Assembly (NCBI GenBank): GCA_963809535.1
Contig: CAWEJW010000001.1
Coordinates: 1,150,105-1,214,104 of the forward strand
Reading direction: 5' to 3'
Source: an uncultured Actinomycetes bacterium
GTDB taxonomy: Bacteria; Actinomycetota; Coriobacteriia; Anaerosomatales; CAVRZR01
DNA length: 64,000 bases
Of this stretch, positions 8,396 to 15,883 are shown one piece after another. The notes beneath the pieces are model-generated. The model was not told the DNA's origin. It made no database searches and saw only the letters and a program-made list of their open reading frames with translations. Each line of letters opens with the position of its first letter. Positions within the stretch are counted from its first letter, which is position 1. The translations under genes were made by a program, and so were the position numbers.

Positions 8396-9226
8396 GTGGC
8401 AGCGCTGACACCAAAGCTCTCCGTGGCCGACGCCCTTCGCAGCCTCGGGCGCATCCTTGCAGGCCGTCCCCAGGTGCCATCGGCGCTGGCGGGAAACGAG
8501 CTGCTCAAGATCGTCCTCAACCGCCGGAGCGTCCGCCGCTTTGCGGCGCGCCCCGTCGGCGACGACGTCTTCGCGGCGATACTCGAGGCCGGCCGACTCG
8601 CACCCTCGACGGTAAACCTCCAGAGCTGGACATTCTTGAGCTTCACCGCGGACACGTGGCAATCCGCGTTCGAACGTCCAATCCCCTTCAGGGCGCAGCA
8701 CGCGGTCATCGTGTGCGGGGACGCCCATCGGTATCGACAGGCTCTGGAAGGCTTTCCCCGCAGCCCGCTGGTCGAGTACACGCTGGCGGTGACGAACGCT
8801 TCTCTCGCCGCCATGAACATGAACGTCGCCGCTGAGGCGCTCGGCGTGGCGTCCGTCATGCTGTCCGAGACCGGGCGCAGCGGCCTGCTCGACCCAGGCT
8901 ACTTGAGGGATCAGCTCGGCCTGCCCGAGGGCGTCTTCCCGTTGATGACGCTCGTCTTCGGCTACGCAAGCGCCGCGCCTCCGCCCATGCCACCCAAGCT
9001 GCCGTTGGACGAGATTTGTTTCACGGACGGCCGCTACCACGAGGCCGACGAGGCAGTGCTGCGCGATTGGATGGCGCAGATGACGGCGGGGTACAAGGCG
9101 AGCCATCTGTTCTCGTCCATGGACGCGCAGCTTGACGTCTATCGATCCAAGATCGGCCAGGCGGAAGCGGACTTGACCGACATGATCTTCCGCGACGGGG
9201 AGACAGCTCCGGAATCGAATCCCTAG
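8396..9226 (+). CDS. Nitroreductase-family flavoprotein
   Basis: LNRRSVRRFAARPV..ILEAGRLAPSTVNLQSW is the nitroreductase signature. The GTG starts 2 nt after the radical SAM stop, suggesting translational coupling. Confidence 0.85.
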   Translation: MAALTPKLSVADALRSLGRILAGRPQVPSALAGNELLKIVLNRRSVRRFAARPVGDDVFAAILEAGRLAPSTVNLQSWTFLSFTADTWQSAFERPIPFRAQHAVIVCGDAHRYRQALEGFPRSPLVEYTLAVTNASLAAMNMNVAAEALGVASVMLSETGRSGLLDPGYLRDQLGLPEGVFPLMTLVFGYASAAPPPMPPKLPLDEICFTDGRYHEADEAVLRDWMAQMTAGYKASHLFSSMDAQLDVYRSKIGQAEADLTDMIFRDGETAPESNP

Positions 9227-9237
9227 GACGCCCGGGG

Positions 9238-10068
9238 TCAGTGCCGGCTGATGATCGTCCCGACGTCCTCGCCCGCGAGAGCGCGGGTCAGGTTCCCCTT
9301 CTCCAAGCCATTGATGATCTGTATGTAGTCGAGTACCTGGCTGTTCCGCAGAATGTCGAGACACGGCCTCTCTAGGATCAGATCGTCGAGCCCTAGCTCC
9401 ACCAATTCCGAGACCGTGATCCTCGGAATGAACTGCGCGTCAGGATTCTTCTTCGGATCGTCGGTGTAGAGACCCTTCTCGTCCTTTACGAAGATGCACG
9501 TTCGCGCGCCGATAAGGTCCGCCATAAGGATGGTTCCGACGTCAGTACGGTGGATGGGGATGTGGCCCTTTTCGGGAGGGATGGCGAAGAAGTCGTAGGG
9601 CGGCATGCCGCTCGTGACCGGCACACAACCCTGCGCGAAGTAGTTGGGCAGTTTCACGATCGCATCCTGATCGATCTCGATGCCCCCGTGCTGGGCGAGT
9701 AGCGTCGCAACGAGGAGTGCATTCTGTCTCGACACCGAACTGCCGAAGGCGGCGATGATCCCCGTGGGCATGCCGAGTTCGAGCCCGATCGCATAGATGT
9801 GACGGCTTCGGGTCCCGCCGCCGGTCATGAGAAGCATCTTGTGCTCGTCCTTGTTGTCGACGATCTCCTCGATGACGGCAGGCAGGGCTCTCTTGCCGCG
9901 GTCGCAGATCGACTGCCCTCCGATCTTGACAACGTTCACGTCGGGGAAGAGGCGCTGCTGAGGAACGTCCTCGAGCGAGTCAAGGAAGCTCTCACTCACC
10001 AGGCTCTCACCCATGAGCTTGCTCTTGATGTGCAGACGCATGCTGTCACGTTCGCGCACGAGCGGCAT
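9238..10068 (-). CDS. Molybdenum storage protein (MosA/MosB, amino-acid-kinase fold) homologue, single copy
   Basis: VVKIGGQSICDRG, GGGTRSRHIYAIGLELGMP, SGMPPY, IPIHRTDVG, FVKDEKGLYTDDPKKNPDAQFIPRITV and NGL..GNLTRALAGEDVGTIIS track my recollection of the Azotobacter MosA/B sequences along the whole length. GGGAGG lies 6 nt before ATG 10068. Confidence 0.75.
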   Translation of the reverse strand: MPLVRERDSMRLHIKSKLMGESLVSESFLDSLEDVPQQRLFPDVNVVKIGGQSICDRGKRALPAVIEEIVDNKDEHKMLLMTGGGTRSRHIYAIGLELGMPTGIIAAFGSSVSRQNALLVATLLAQHGGIEIDQDAIVKLPNYFAQGCVPVTSGMPPYDFFAIPPEKGHIPIHRTDVGTILMADLIGARTCIFVKDEKGLYTDDPKKNPDAQFIPRITVSELVELGLDDLILERPCLDILRNSQVLDYIQIINGLEKGNLTRALAGEDVGTIISRH

Positions 10069-10133
10069 CGGCAACCTCCCGGTCCTCGGAGCACGGGCTT
10101 CTCATGTCCGATCTTGAAGCCGGTCGCGCGGGA

Positions 10134-10355
10134 TCACTTCTCTTCGTCGGCCTGGAACTGGTGACTCCCCTCCTCGACCTTGAGATCGACCAGCTCGGCG
10201 CTAACAGCTTGGGCGATCTGCTCCAGTTCACTGCGACGCAAGTGCTTGGCGTGGATCTTCAGGTCCGTGCCGGACACCGCGACCAGATAGAACCGCGGCT
10301 TCTTCTCACCCTCGTCGACTTTGCGACGCTCGCGATAGAAGATCTTGCCTGGCAT
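10134..10355 (-). CDS. Small conserved-looking hypothetical protein (73 aa) upstream of the MoSto gene
   Basis: MPGKIFYRERRKVDEGEKKPRFYLVAVSGTDLKIHAKHLRRSELEQIA.. A strong SD GAAGGAGG lies 6 nt before ATG 10355. Same strand as the MoSto gene, 59 nt upstream of ORF start 10074 (65 nt from the called ATG 10068). Confidence 0.6.
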   Translation of the reverse strand: MPGKIFYRERRKVDEGEKKPRFYLVAVSGTDLKIHAKHLRRSELEQIAQAVSAELVDLKVEEGSHQFQADEEK

Positions 10356-10603
10356 GTCGGCCTCCTTCGATGCGTTGTTGCGGCCTGCCCCAACTCTCTT
10401 GTCCATACCCAAGATGCGCTCCACATCGCCCGGCGTCGCGCTATGAGCTGTGGACGTGCACGCCGAACAGCGGATCCGTAGCCTTCCATCAAGCCAAGCG
10501 AAGCGCCAGGCGCTGTCGCCCGAGGCGACTGGTCCACTGGTGCTCCCCCGGGCAGAACCCTAAGGCAGAGTTTAGGCACGCTCACCTTGGGGTACATTGC
10601 GTG

Positions 10604-10706
10604 CGTCTCCGAGCGTCTCGACCTAATGGCCAAGAAGACCGACGGTCGTTGCGCCCGCAGGGTGCGGATGGAAACAGCCGGGCCTCCCGTGCTTGGAAAG
10701 GGGATG
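10604..10706 (+). promoter_or_regulatory. Structured leader RNA, Moco/Tuco-riboswitch-like (copy RS1)
   Basis: CGTCTCC-GAG..CGACC/GGTCG stem..CGGATG-GAAA-CAGCCG (GNRA hairpin)..GGCCTCCCGTGCTTGGAAAGGGGATG. Outer helix is CGTCTCC/GGGGATG. A TACATT -10-like box at 10593..10598 sits just upstream. Confidence 0.55.
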
Positions 10707-10775
10707 CTGATGGCACGCTCGTGCCGTCGTCTTGTCGTCCGCCCCAGTCTCGCGGGGCAAGCGAAGCTACTTCCT

Positions 10776-10879
10776 CCTCTCCTACCGAGGCCGACCATCC
10801 CTGCATCGGATGTAGCCACGCAGTAGGGAACTGCGGGCTCGCAGCAGGTGCGACCGGGGGTCGTGCCGGAAAGGGGAGG
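10776..10879 (+). promoter_or_regulatory. Possible third, more divergent tandem copy of the same leader (RS3) covering the SD of the cytochrome gene
   Basis: CCTCTCC-TA-CCGAG ... AGTAGGGAA, CTGCG-GGCT-CGCAG hairpin ... GCCGGAAAGGGGAGG. A 7-bp outer helix CCTCTCC/GGGGAGG would sequester the SD 5 nt before ATG 10884. Lacks the GGCCTCCC block. Confidence 0.3.
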
Positions 10880-10883
10880 TGCC

Positions 10884-12374
10884 ATGCCGAGGATCAGGGT
10901 TGTCTTGCGCATCGCGATCGTCGCGGCCGTCTTGGCGGTCGTCGGCGGTACTGCGGCCGTTGCGTACGCTGCCTACCACCACATGGGAGAGGTCGACTCT
11001 GGCTACTTCATCTCTGTCCATCCGAACGCCGCCGGCACGAAGCTCGACTCGTGCGGCCTGTGCCATGCCGGTGGCAGCTACACACAGTCGGGCAAGGATG
11101 TAGTGCTGGGAAGCTGCCAGTGGTGTCACTTCAAGTTCGGATATGAGGGCGAGGGCGGGCAAGCAGGGCTCCTCGCCACGCTCAACGCCTACGGCCTCGC
11201 CTACCTGAACGCAGGTCGCAGCAGCGCGGCGGTCTCGGCGATCGAGGGATTCGACTCTGACGGGGATGGCTTCTCGAACGCCGACGAGATCGCCGCAGTG
11301 CGATATCCCGGTGATAAGAACGACGACCCGACGAAGGTGACCGCGCCCTCGCGTGTCTATACCCTCGCCGAGATCAAAGCGATGCCGCCCTACAAGCAGT
11401 TCATGCTCATGAACACGAGCAAGTCCGGGGACTTCTACTGCACGTACACCGGCGTGCCAATGACGTATGTGCTGAAGGACGCGGGCATGTTGTCGACCGC
11501 CACCGGCATCAATGTGTTCGCTGCTGATGGCTTCTCGACGTCGCATCCGCTGGACCCGACGCCCGGGCTCTACCACGTGCGGGGGACCTATCCGTCCACG
11601 ACCTTCTTCTACAACGTCGAGGCCGACAAGAAGCTCACGTCGTACGGCTGGTGCGACTACAGCGCGGCGTCGGTCAAGGGCTGGAAGAACGGCCGTCGCA
11701 TCACCGGTCTCAAGATGCTTCTGGCCTACAAGTATGAGGGAAAGTACCTCGTACCCGGCGCCCTGGGACCGGACAACAGGCTCACGCCGGAGAGCGAGGG
11801 CCCGTTCCGCGTGGTGCCTCCACAGGTAGTCCCGGGTCCGCCGGACCAAGCGTCCACCGCCCTAAACCAGAACGTCCTCTGGCCATACAACAAGAACTGG
11901 GATCACAACGCCGGCTCCTCGAGCAAATGCGCCACGATCATCAAGGTTGGCCCGCTTCCCGCGGGGACTACTGACATCAACGTCCTCGAGGCCGGCTGGG
12001 ACTACGTCGACGCAGGCAAGATCGTCGTCTACGGCGCAATCGACCCGATCCCGACGGTGCGCGAGAAGCTTCACACGCTTGCCCAGTCCGTCGCCAAGCT
12101 CGACGCCAGCGCGTTCAGGGGCAAGAGCAGGTGGGAAAGGCTCGCGCGGAGGTTCTGCATTCTAGGCGAGATCTGGGTTGTCGACAGGATGGTCGCGAAG
12201 GGCAAGATCGACGGTGCGGTCCAGAGGATCACGCACGATCTTGTCCCGAAGGTTGACGGATGGGTCAAGCGCGGCAAAGCCGACTGCGACGACTGGATCG
12301 TCGACAGCCAGGCACAGCGAACGGTGTACTGGGCCTTGCAAGAGCTGCTCACACTGCTGAACGCCGCCGAGTAG
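10884..12374 (+). CDS. Secreted di-haem c-type cytochrome fused to a Ca-binding-like repeat and a molybdopterin-oxidoreductase-like domain
   Basis: N-terminal TM/signal (IAIVAAVLAVVGG), two CxxCH motifs (CGLCH, CQWCH), DSDGDGFSNADE (thrombospondin-3/dockerin-like Ca loop). It then has an Oxidored_molyb-like segment (YTLAEIKAMP..YCTYTGVPMTYVLKDAG..FAADGF). Confidence 0.75.
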   Translation: MPRIRVVLRIAIVAAVLAVVGGTAAVAYAAYHHMGEVDSGYFISVHPNAAGTKLDSCGLCHAGGSYTQSGKDVVLGSCQWCHFKFGYEGEGGQAGLLATLNAYGLAYLNAGRSSAAVSAIEGFDSDGDGFSNADEIAAVRYPGDKNDDPTKVTAPSRVYTLAEIKAMPPYKQFMLMNTSKSGDFYCTYTGVPMTYVLKDAGMLSTATGINVFAADGFSTSHPLDPTPGLYHVRGTYPSTTFFYNVEADKKLTSYGWCDYSAASVKGWKNGRRITGLKMLLAYKYEGKYLVPGALGPDNRLTPESEGPFRVVPPQVVPGPPDQASTALNQNVLWPYNKNWDHNAGSSSKCATIIKVGPLPAGTTDINVLEAGWDYVDAGKIVVYGAIDPIPTVREKLHTLAQSVAKLDASAFRGKSRWERLARRFCILGEIWVVDRMVAKGKIDGAVQRITHDLVPKVDGWVKRGKADCDDWIVDSQAQRTVYWALQELLTLLNAAE

Positions 12375-12413
12375 TCCTGCACAAGAGGTCGTTGCACGCC
12401 CGTCCGAGGCGAT

Positions 12414-12443
12414 GAGAGGGCTCCGGCTTGCCGGGGCCCTCTC
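12414..12443 (+). terminator. Strong hairpin between the cytochrome gene and the transporter gene (no U-tract)
   Basis: GAGAGGGCTCCGG-CTTG-CCGGGGCCCTCTC, a 13-bp stem with one G-U pair. It rules out the ORF-track start at 12412. Confidence 0.4.
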
Positions 12444-12477
12444 GCTACCCACCCGTGAATCCGTCGTACGATGGGTC

Positions 12478-13641
12478 ATGCAGTCACGGTCCGGCCGGGT
12501 CGATGGAACGAGGCGAGTGAAGAAGCAGCCGATCAAGGTCAACCTGACCGAGCTGGCTGGCTCGATGGGCGATTTCGGCACCCTCCTACCGTTGGCGGTT
12601 GGCTACATCGCCGTGTGTGGCCTCAACCCGGCGGGCTTGCTCGTGATGATGGGCCTGGCCAATATCGCCACCGGTCTCGTCTACCGCCTCCCAATGCCTA
12701 TCGAGCCTATGAAGGTGCTTGCAGTCGTGGCCATCGCCCAACATTGGACGCCTTCAATGGTGTATGCGTCCGGATTCGGCATGGGCATGGTATGGCTCTT
12801 CTTGGGCGTCACGGGAATCATCAGTTGGATCGCACGCGTGACGCCAAGACCGGTGGTAATGGGCATCCAGACGACTCTCGGCGTGCTGTTGGCCATTGAG
12901 GCGCTCCGTCTGGGATCGACTTCATGGGCACTCGCCATTCTAGGCGTCGTCATCGTGCTCACTCTCCGGGGCAACCGATATGCACCGGCAGCAATCGTGC
13001 TAGTCCTTCTTGGTTTGGGCGTCATGCTGCTCAAGGGTGACCTATCGCATCTGGCAACACCCGAGCTGAAACTGCCGTCCTTCGCCACGTTCACCGGCAA
13101 ACAGGTATGGCAGACACTCTTGCTCGCCGGATTCGCGCAGGTTCCACTCACCGCAACCAATGCAGTCATCTCCACGTCGCACCTGATCACGAGCTACTGG
13201 CCCGATGAGTACGTCAGCCCGAGGAAGCTCTCGTTCAGCCACGGCATCATGAACGCCACCGCTCCGTTCTTCGGCGGCATGCCCATGTGTCACGGCGCGG
13301 GAGGTCTCGCTGGCCAGTACTACTACGGCGCACGAACTGCAGGGACCAACCTTATCGAAGGCACGATCGAAATCGTTCTCGGGCTCTTCTTCGCGGCTTC
13401 CATCGCGGCGCTCTTCATCGCGTTTCCCAAAGCGATCATCGGAGCGATGATGTTCCTGGTCGGCGTCGAGCTGATGAAGTTCGCGCGGCACGTGAGGCCT
13501 GGTCGCGACCTCATCGTGTTGGGCGCGACTGTCGGAATCGCACTACTGACGAACATGGCCTACGGCTTCCTGGGTGGCATCGCCGTGCATGAGGCGCTCA
13601 AACGCATACCGAAGCGGAACACAGGCGAAGGAGGCCAGTAG
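12478..13641 (+). CDS. MOT1/SulP-related putative molybdate (or tungstate) transporter
   Basis: LTELAGSMGDFGTLLPLAVGY..GLANIATGLVYRLPMPIEPMKVLA resembles the MFS_MOT1 molybdate-transporter repeat, and the protein is polytopic. Start is uncertain (ATG 12478 or GTG 12517). Confidence 0.7.
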   Translation: MQSRSGRVDGTRRVKKQPIKVNLTELAGSMGDFGTLLPLAVGYIAVCGLNPAGLLVMMGLANIATGLVYRLPMPIEPMKVLAVVAIAQHWTPSMVYASGFGMGMVWLFLGVTGIISWIARVTPRPVVMGIQTTLGVLLAIEALRLGSTSWALAILGVVIVLTLRGNRYAPAAIVLVLLGLGVMLLKGDLSHLATPELKLPSFATFTGKQVWQTLLLAGFAQVPLTATNAVISTSHLITSYWPDEYVSPRKLSFSHGIMNATAPFFGGMPMCHGAGGLAGQYYYGARTAGTNLIEGTIEIVLGLFFAASIAALFIAFPKAIIGAMMFLVGVELMKFARHVRPGRDLIVLGATVGIALLTNMAYGFLGGIAVHEALKRIPKRNTGEGGQ

Positions 13642-13664
13642 GCGGAGCGGCCGCCGGACTGCGA

Positions 13665-13943
13665 CTACTCCTTTGTGCTCGCCAGACTGAAGCTCGGCAG
13701 CCCGCCAGAATGCTCGAGCGTGTAGTCGATGACGTCCCCAACGCGGAGGCCACACGCGGCGACCGCCTTCCGCATCTTGCGACCATCGCCCCACGCGACC
13801 CCCGCGGCGAGGAACATGCCCGAGACCAGGAGAACCCCGAACAGGACAACAGATCCCACCGCCCATGTGAGCCACGAGAAGAGGCGCCTCTGTCGGCCGC
13901 CGGTCTCGTCTTCTGGCGTCAGAAGCAGACAGCGAGGATCCAA
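13665..13943 (-). CDS. Hypothetical small membrane protein
   Basis: Only the C-terminal third of ORF 13665..14327 looks coding (LFSWLTWAVGSVVLFGVLLVSGMFLAAGVAW..). TTG 13943 follows GGGGGAG. The rest of that ORF overlaps the kinase gene. Confidence 0.35.
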   Translation of the reverse strand: MDPRCLLLTPEDETGGRQRRLFSWLTWAVGSVVLFGVLLVSGMFLAAGVAWGDGRKMRKAVAACGLRVGDVIDYTLEHSGGLPSFSLASTKE

Positions 13944-14149
13944 CTCGGTTTCACTCCCCCGTCTTGGACATACAGTTGCGCCTCGGGGTCTTTGTCCCCC
14001 ACCTGGGTTGTCGGGCGTGCCCTCACAGTACAAGAGGAGGCCCCGGCAGGACTTGCCGAGGCATCGATGGTCGCTGGTGGGCCATAGTGGACGTACCTGT
14101 AACCGTGGGAGCCGAGATGTAGGTCCGCCTCGCCTGGGGATGCACCGCC

Positions 14150-15565
14150 CTAGGGAAGAGTGTCTGCCGAGGGCAGACGCACGACCACTGTCGTACCTGC
14201 ACCAGGCATCGATGCGATCTCGACCGAGCCGTTCATGGCCTCTACGAGCTGGCGTGTGACAGACATGCCGAGACCGATCCCATCGGTGTCCTTGCCCACG
14301 TCCGAGCCTCGCTCGTAGCGGACCCATACCCGACCAAGCGACTCCTCATCCATCCCCCGCCCGTCATCCTGTACTGAGATCTCCAGGAAGTCATCAGCGC
14401 CTGTAAGAAGAACGGCGACGTGCGTTCCTGCCGGGTTGTGAACGAGCGCATTGCCGATCAGGTTGATGAGCGCTCGCTCAAGCAGCTTTCGGTCGACAAT
14501 GGCGAAGTGGGACAGCGAAGGTAGGCGGCAAGAGACGCTGTCTGCACCTGAGGGAAACGCCGCTCTCGCGCTGTCGACCACGCTGAGCAGGAAGTCAGAA
14601 AGATCTATGCGCTCCAGTCTTAGAGGCAGTGAGCCTTCCCTGACTTGGAAGGTGAGCAACAGGTCTTCGACTAGCTGCTGCACCCGCTGCGTCTGGCTGG
14701 CGATGATGCCCGCTTGGCGTCGCTCTTCGTCAGGCAGGTCGGAGCGTTCGTCGGCAAGAAGCTCCGCATAGCCTCGGATTGATGAAAGTGGCGTGCGAAT
14801 GTCGTGGGAGACGCCGGAGAGCCACTCCTGACGGAAGGTGAGGCCCTTCAGCCTCTCGGACATCCGGTCGAACGCCCTGCCCAGATCCCCAAACTCGTCG
14901 GCGCTGGGCAGCCCAATCCGATAGTCAAGGTCTCCTCCTCCTATCGCCTCGGTGCCCGCGTTCAGCGATTGCAGGGACCGCGTGATGTCTCGTCGAAGTG
15001 CAAGCAAACCAGCCGTGAGCAAAGCGGCTGCAAGTATCGTCAAGGCGCTAACCGTTCCAGATGTTCGCCGTTCTCTCGTCACGATTTCCGCGCTTATCGA
15101 CTGGACGAGTTCCCCGATCGCGCCCTTCGCGTCCGTGGACCGTATGAAGAGCTGCTCTGACAGCCGCTCCTCGGCTTCTCGGTCCACGGGGATGGCGGTC
15201 GCCCCGGCCTCATGGATGGCCACGATCCGTACGAAGAGCTCCCTGACCGCTTGGGCGTCTTGTGCGACCGTTGCAAGGGCCTGCTGATCGCGCGCTCTGC
15301 TGCCAGATGCGGCCTTGGTGATATCTCGGACGGCCTCATCAGAGGCAGCAATGAACTGCTGACTCGATCGGGCATCGTGATGGAGAAGGTAGGAACGCGC
15401 CAAGCCGTCAACCTCCTCAAGGTCTCCGCGCGCCTCAACGATCAAGATCTGCCTGTTCTGAAGTCCGACCGTCGGAAAATACGAGATCAGCACCCCGGCC
15501 ACAGCGAGCGCCGCTACGACCGCCGGCACGAGCGCCGCGAGAGTCAGTTTCGTCGAGATGCGCAA
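14150..15565 (-). CDS. Sensor histidine kinase (TM-sensor-TM-HAMP-HisKA-HATPase), with no cognate regulator adjacent
   Basis: H-box SHDIRTPLSSIRGY, N-box IGNALVHN, DDGRGM, GIGLGMS. TTG start at 15565 follows GAAGGAA. Confidence 0.85.
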   Translation of the reverse strand: MRISTKLTLAALVPAVVAALAVAGVLISYFPTVGLQNRQILIVEARGDLEEVDGLARSYLLHHDARSSQQFIAASDEAVRDITKAASGSRARDQQALATVAQDAQAVRELFVRIVAIHEAGATAIPVDREAEERLSEQLFIRSTDAKGAIGELVQSISAEIVTRERRTSGTVSALTILAAALLTAGLLALRRDITRSLQSLNAGTEAIGGGDLDYRIGLPSADEFGDLGRAFDRMSERLKGLTFRQEWLSGVSHDIRTPLSSIRGYAELLADERSDLPDEERRQAGIIASQTQRVQQLVEDLLLTFQVREGSLPLRLERIDLSDFLLSVVDSARAAFPSGADSVSCRLPSLSHFAIVDRKLLERALINLIGNALVHNPAGTHVAVLLTGADDFLEISVQDDGRGMDEESLGRVWVRYERGSDVGKDTDGIGLGMSVTRQLVEAMNGSVEIASMPGAGTTVVVRLPSADTLP

Positions 15566-15568
15566 GTG

Positions 15569-15763
15569 CTATTCCTTCGGCTCGACTATGCGGACAGCGT
15601 CGGGACGGACAACTCTAAGCGCGCTCGAATCGATGTAGTCGAGGAAGATGGTAGAGCCTCTGTCCCAGTCATCCAACGGTACTACCAGGTGCGGCCGATA
15701 GTCGATCACCTCTTGTATGACCTCGACGAGGACGGCATGGTGGACTGGCGTGGCGCGACGCAC
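15569..15763 (-). CDS. Small hypothetical protein possibly translationally coupled to the kinase
   Basis: 64-aa ORF ending 4 nt before the kinase start, and its 3' end carries the kinase SD. Start codon uncertain. No recognisable family. Confidence 0.3.
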   Translation of the reverse strand: MRRATPVHHAVLVEVIQEVIDYRPHLVVPLDDWDRGSTIFLDYIDSSALRVVRPDAVRIVEPKE

Positions 15764-15883
15764 TGGCCGAAGGGTTCGAACTCGTGGCTCGTCGAGTTCG
15801 ACTTCTACGTCGAGTGACTGCGGCCTATCTCCCGGAGTTCAGCATAGACAAGGCCCCCGACCGCAATGCGGTATGAAGCAGCA

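Noticed and set aside
10711-10726. TGGCACGCTCGTGCCG on the + strand resembles a -24/-12 promoter
   Set aside because: The GC of the putative -12 element is one nucleotide too close to the GG. The sequence is better explained as a simple GGCAC/GTGCC hairpin after RS1.
12412-12477. ORF-track start (ATG 12412) for the MOT1-type transporter
   Set aside because: The first 10 codons would lie inside a 13-bp GC hairpin (12414..12443), and the encoded residues look non-coding. A downstream start (12478 or 12517) is preferred.
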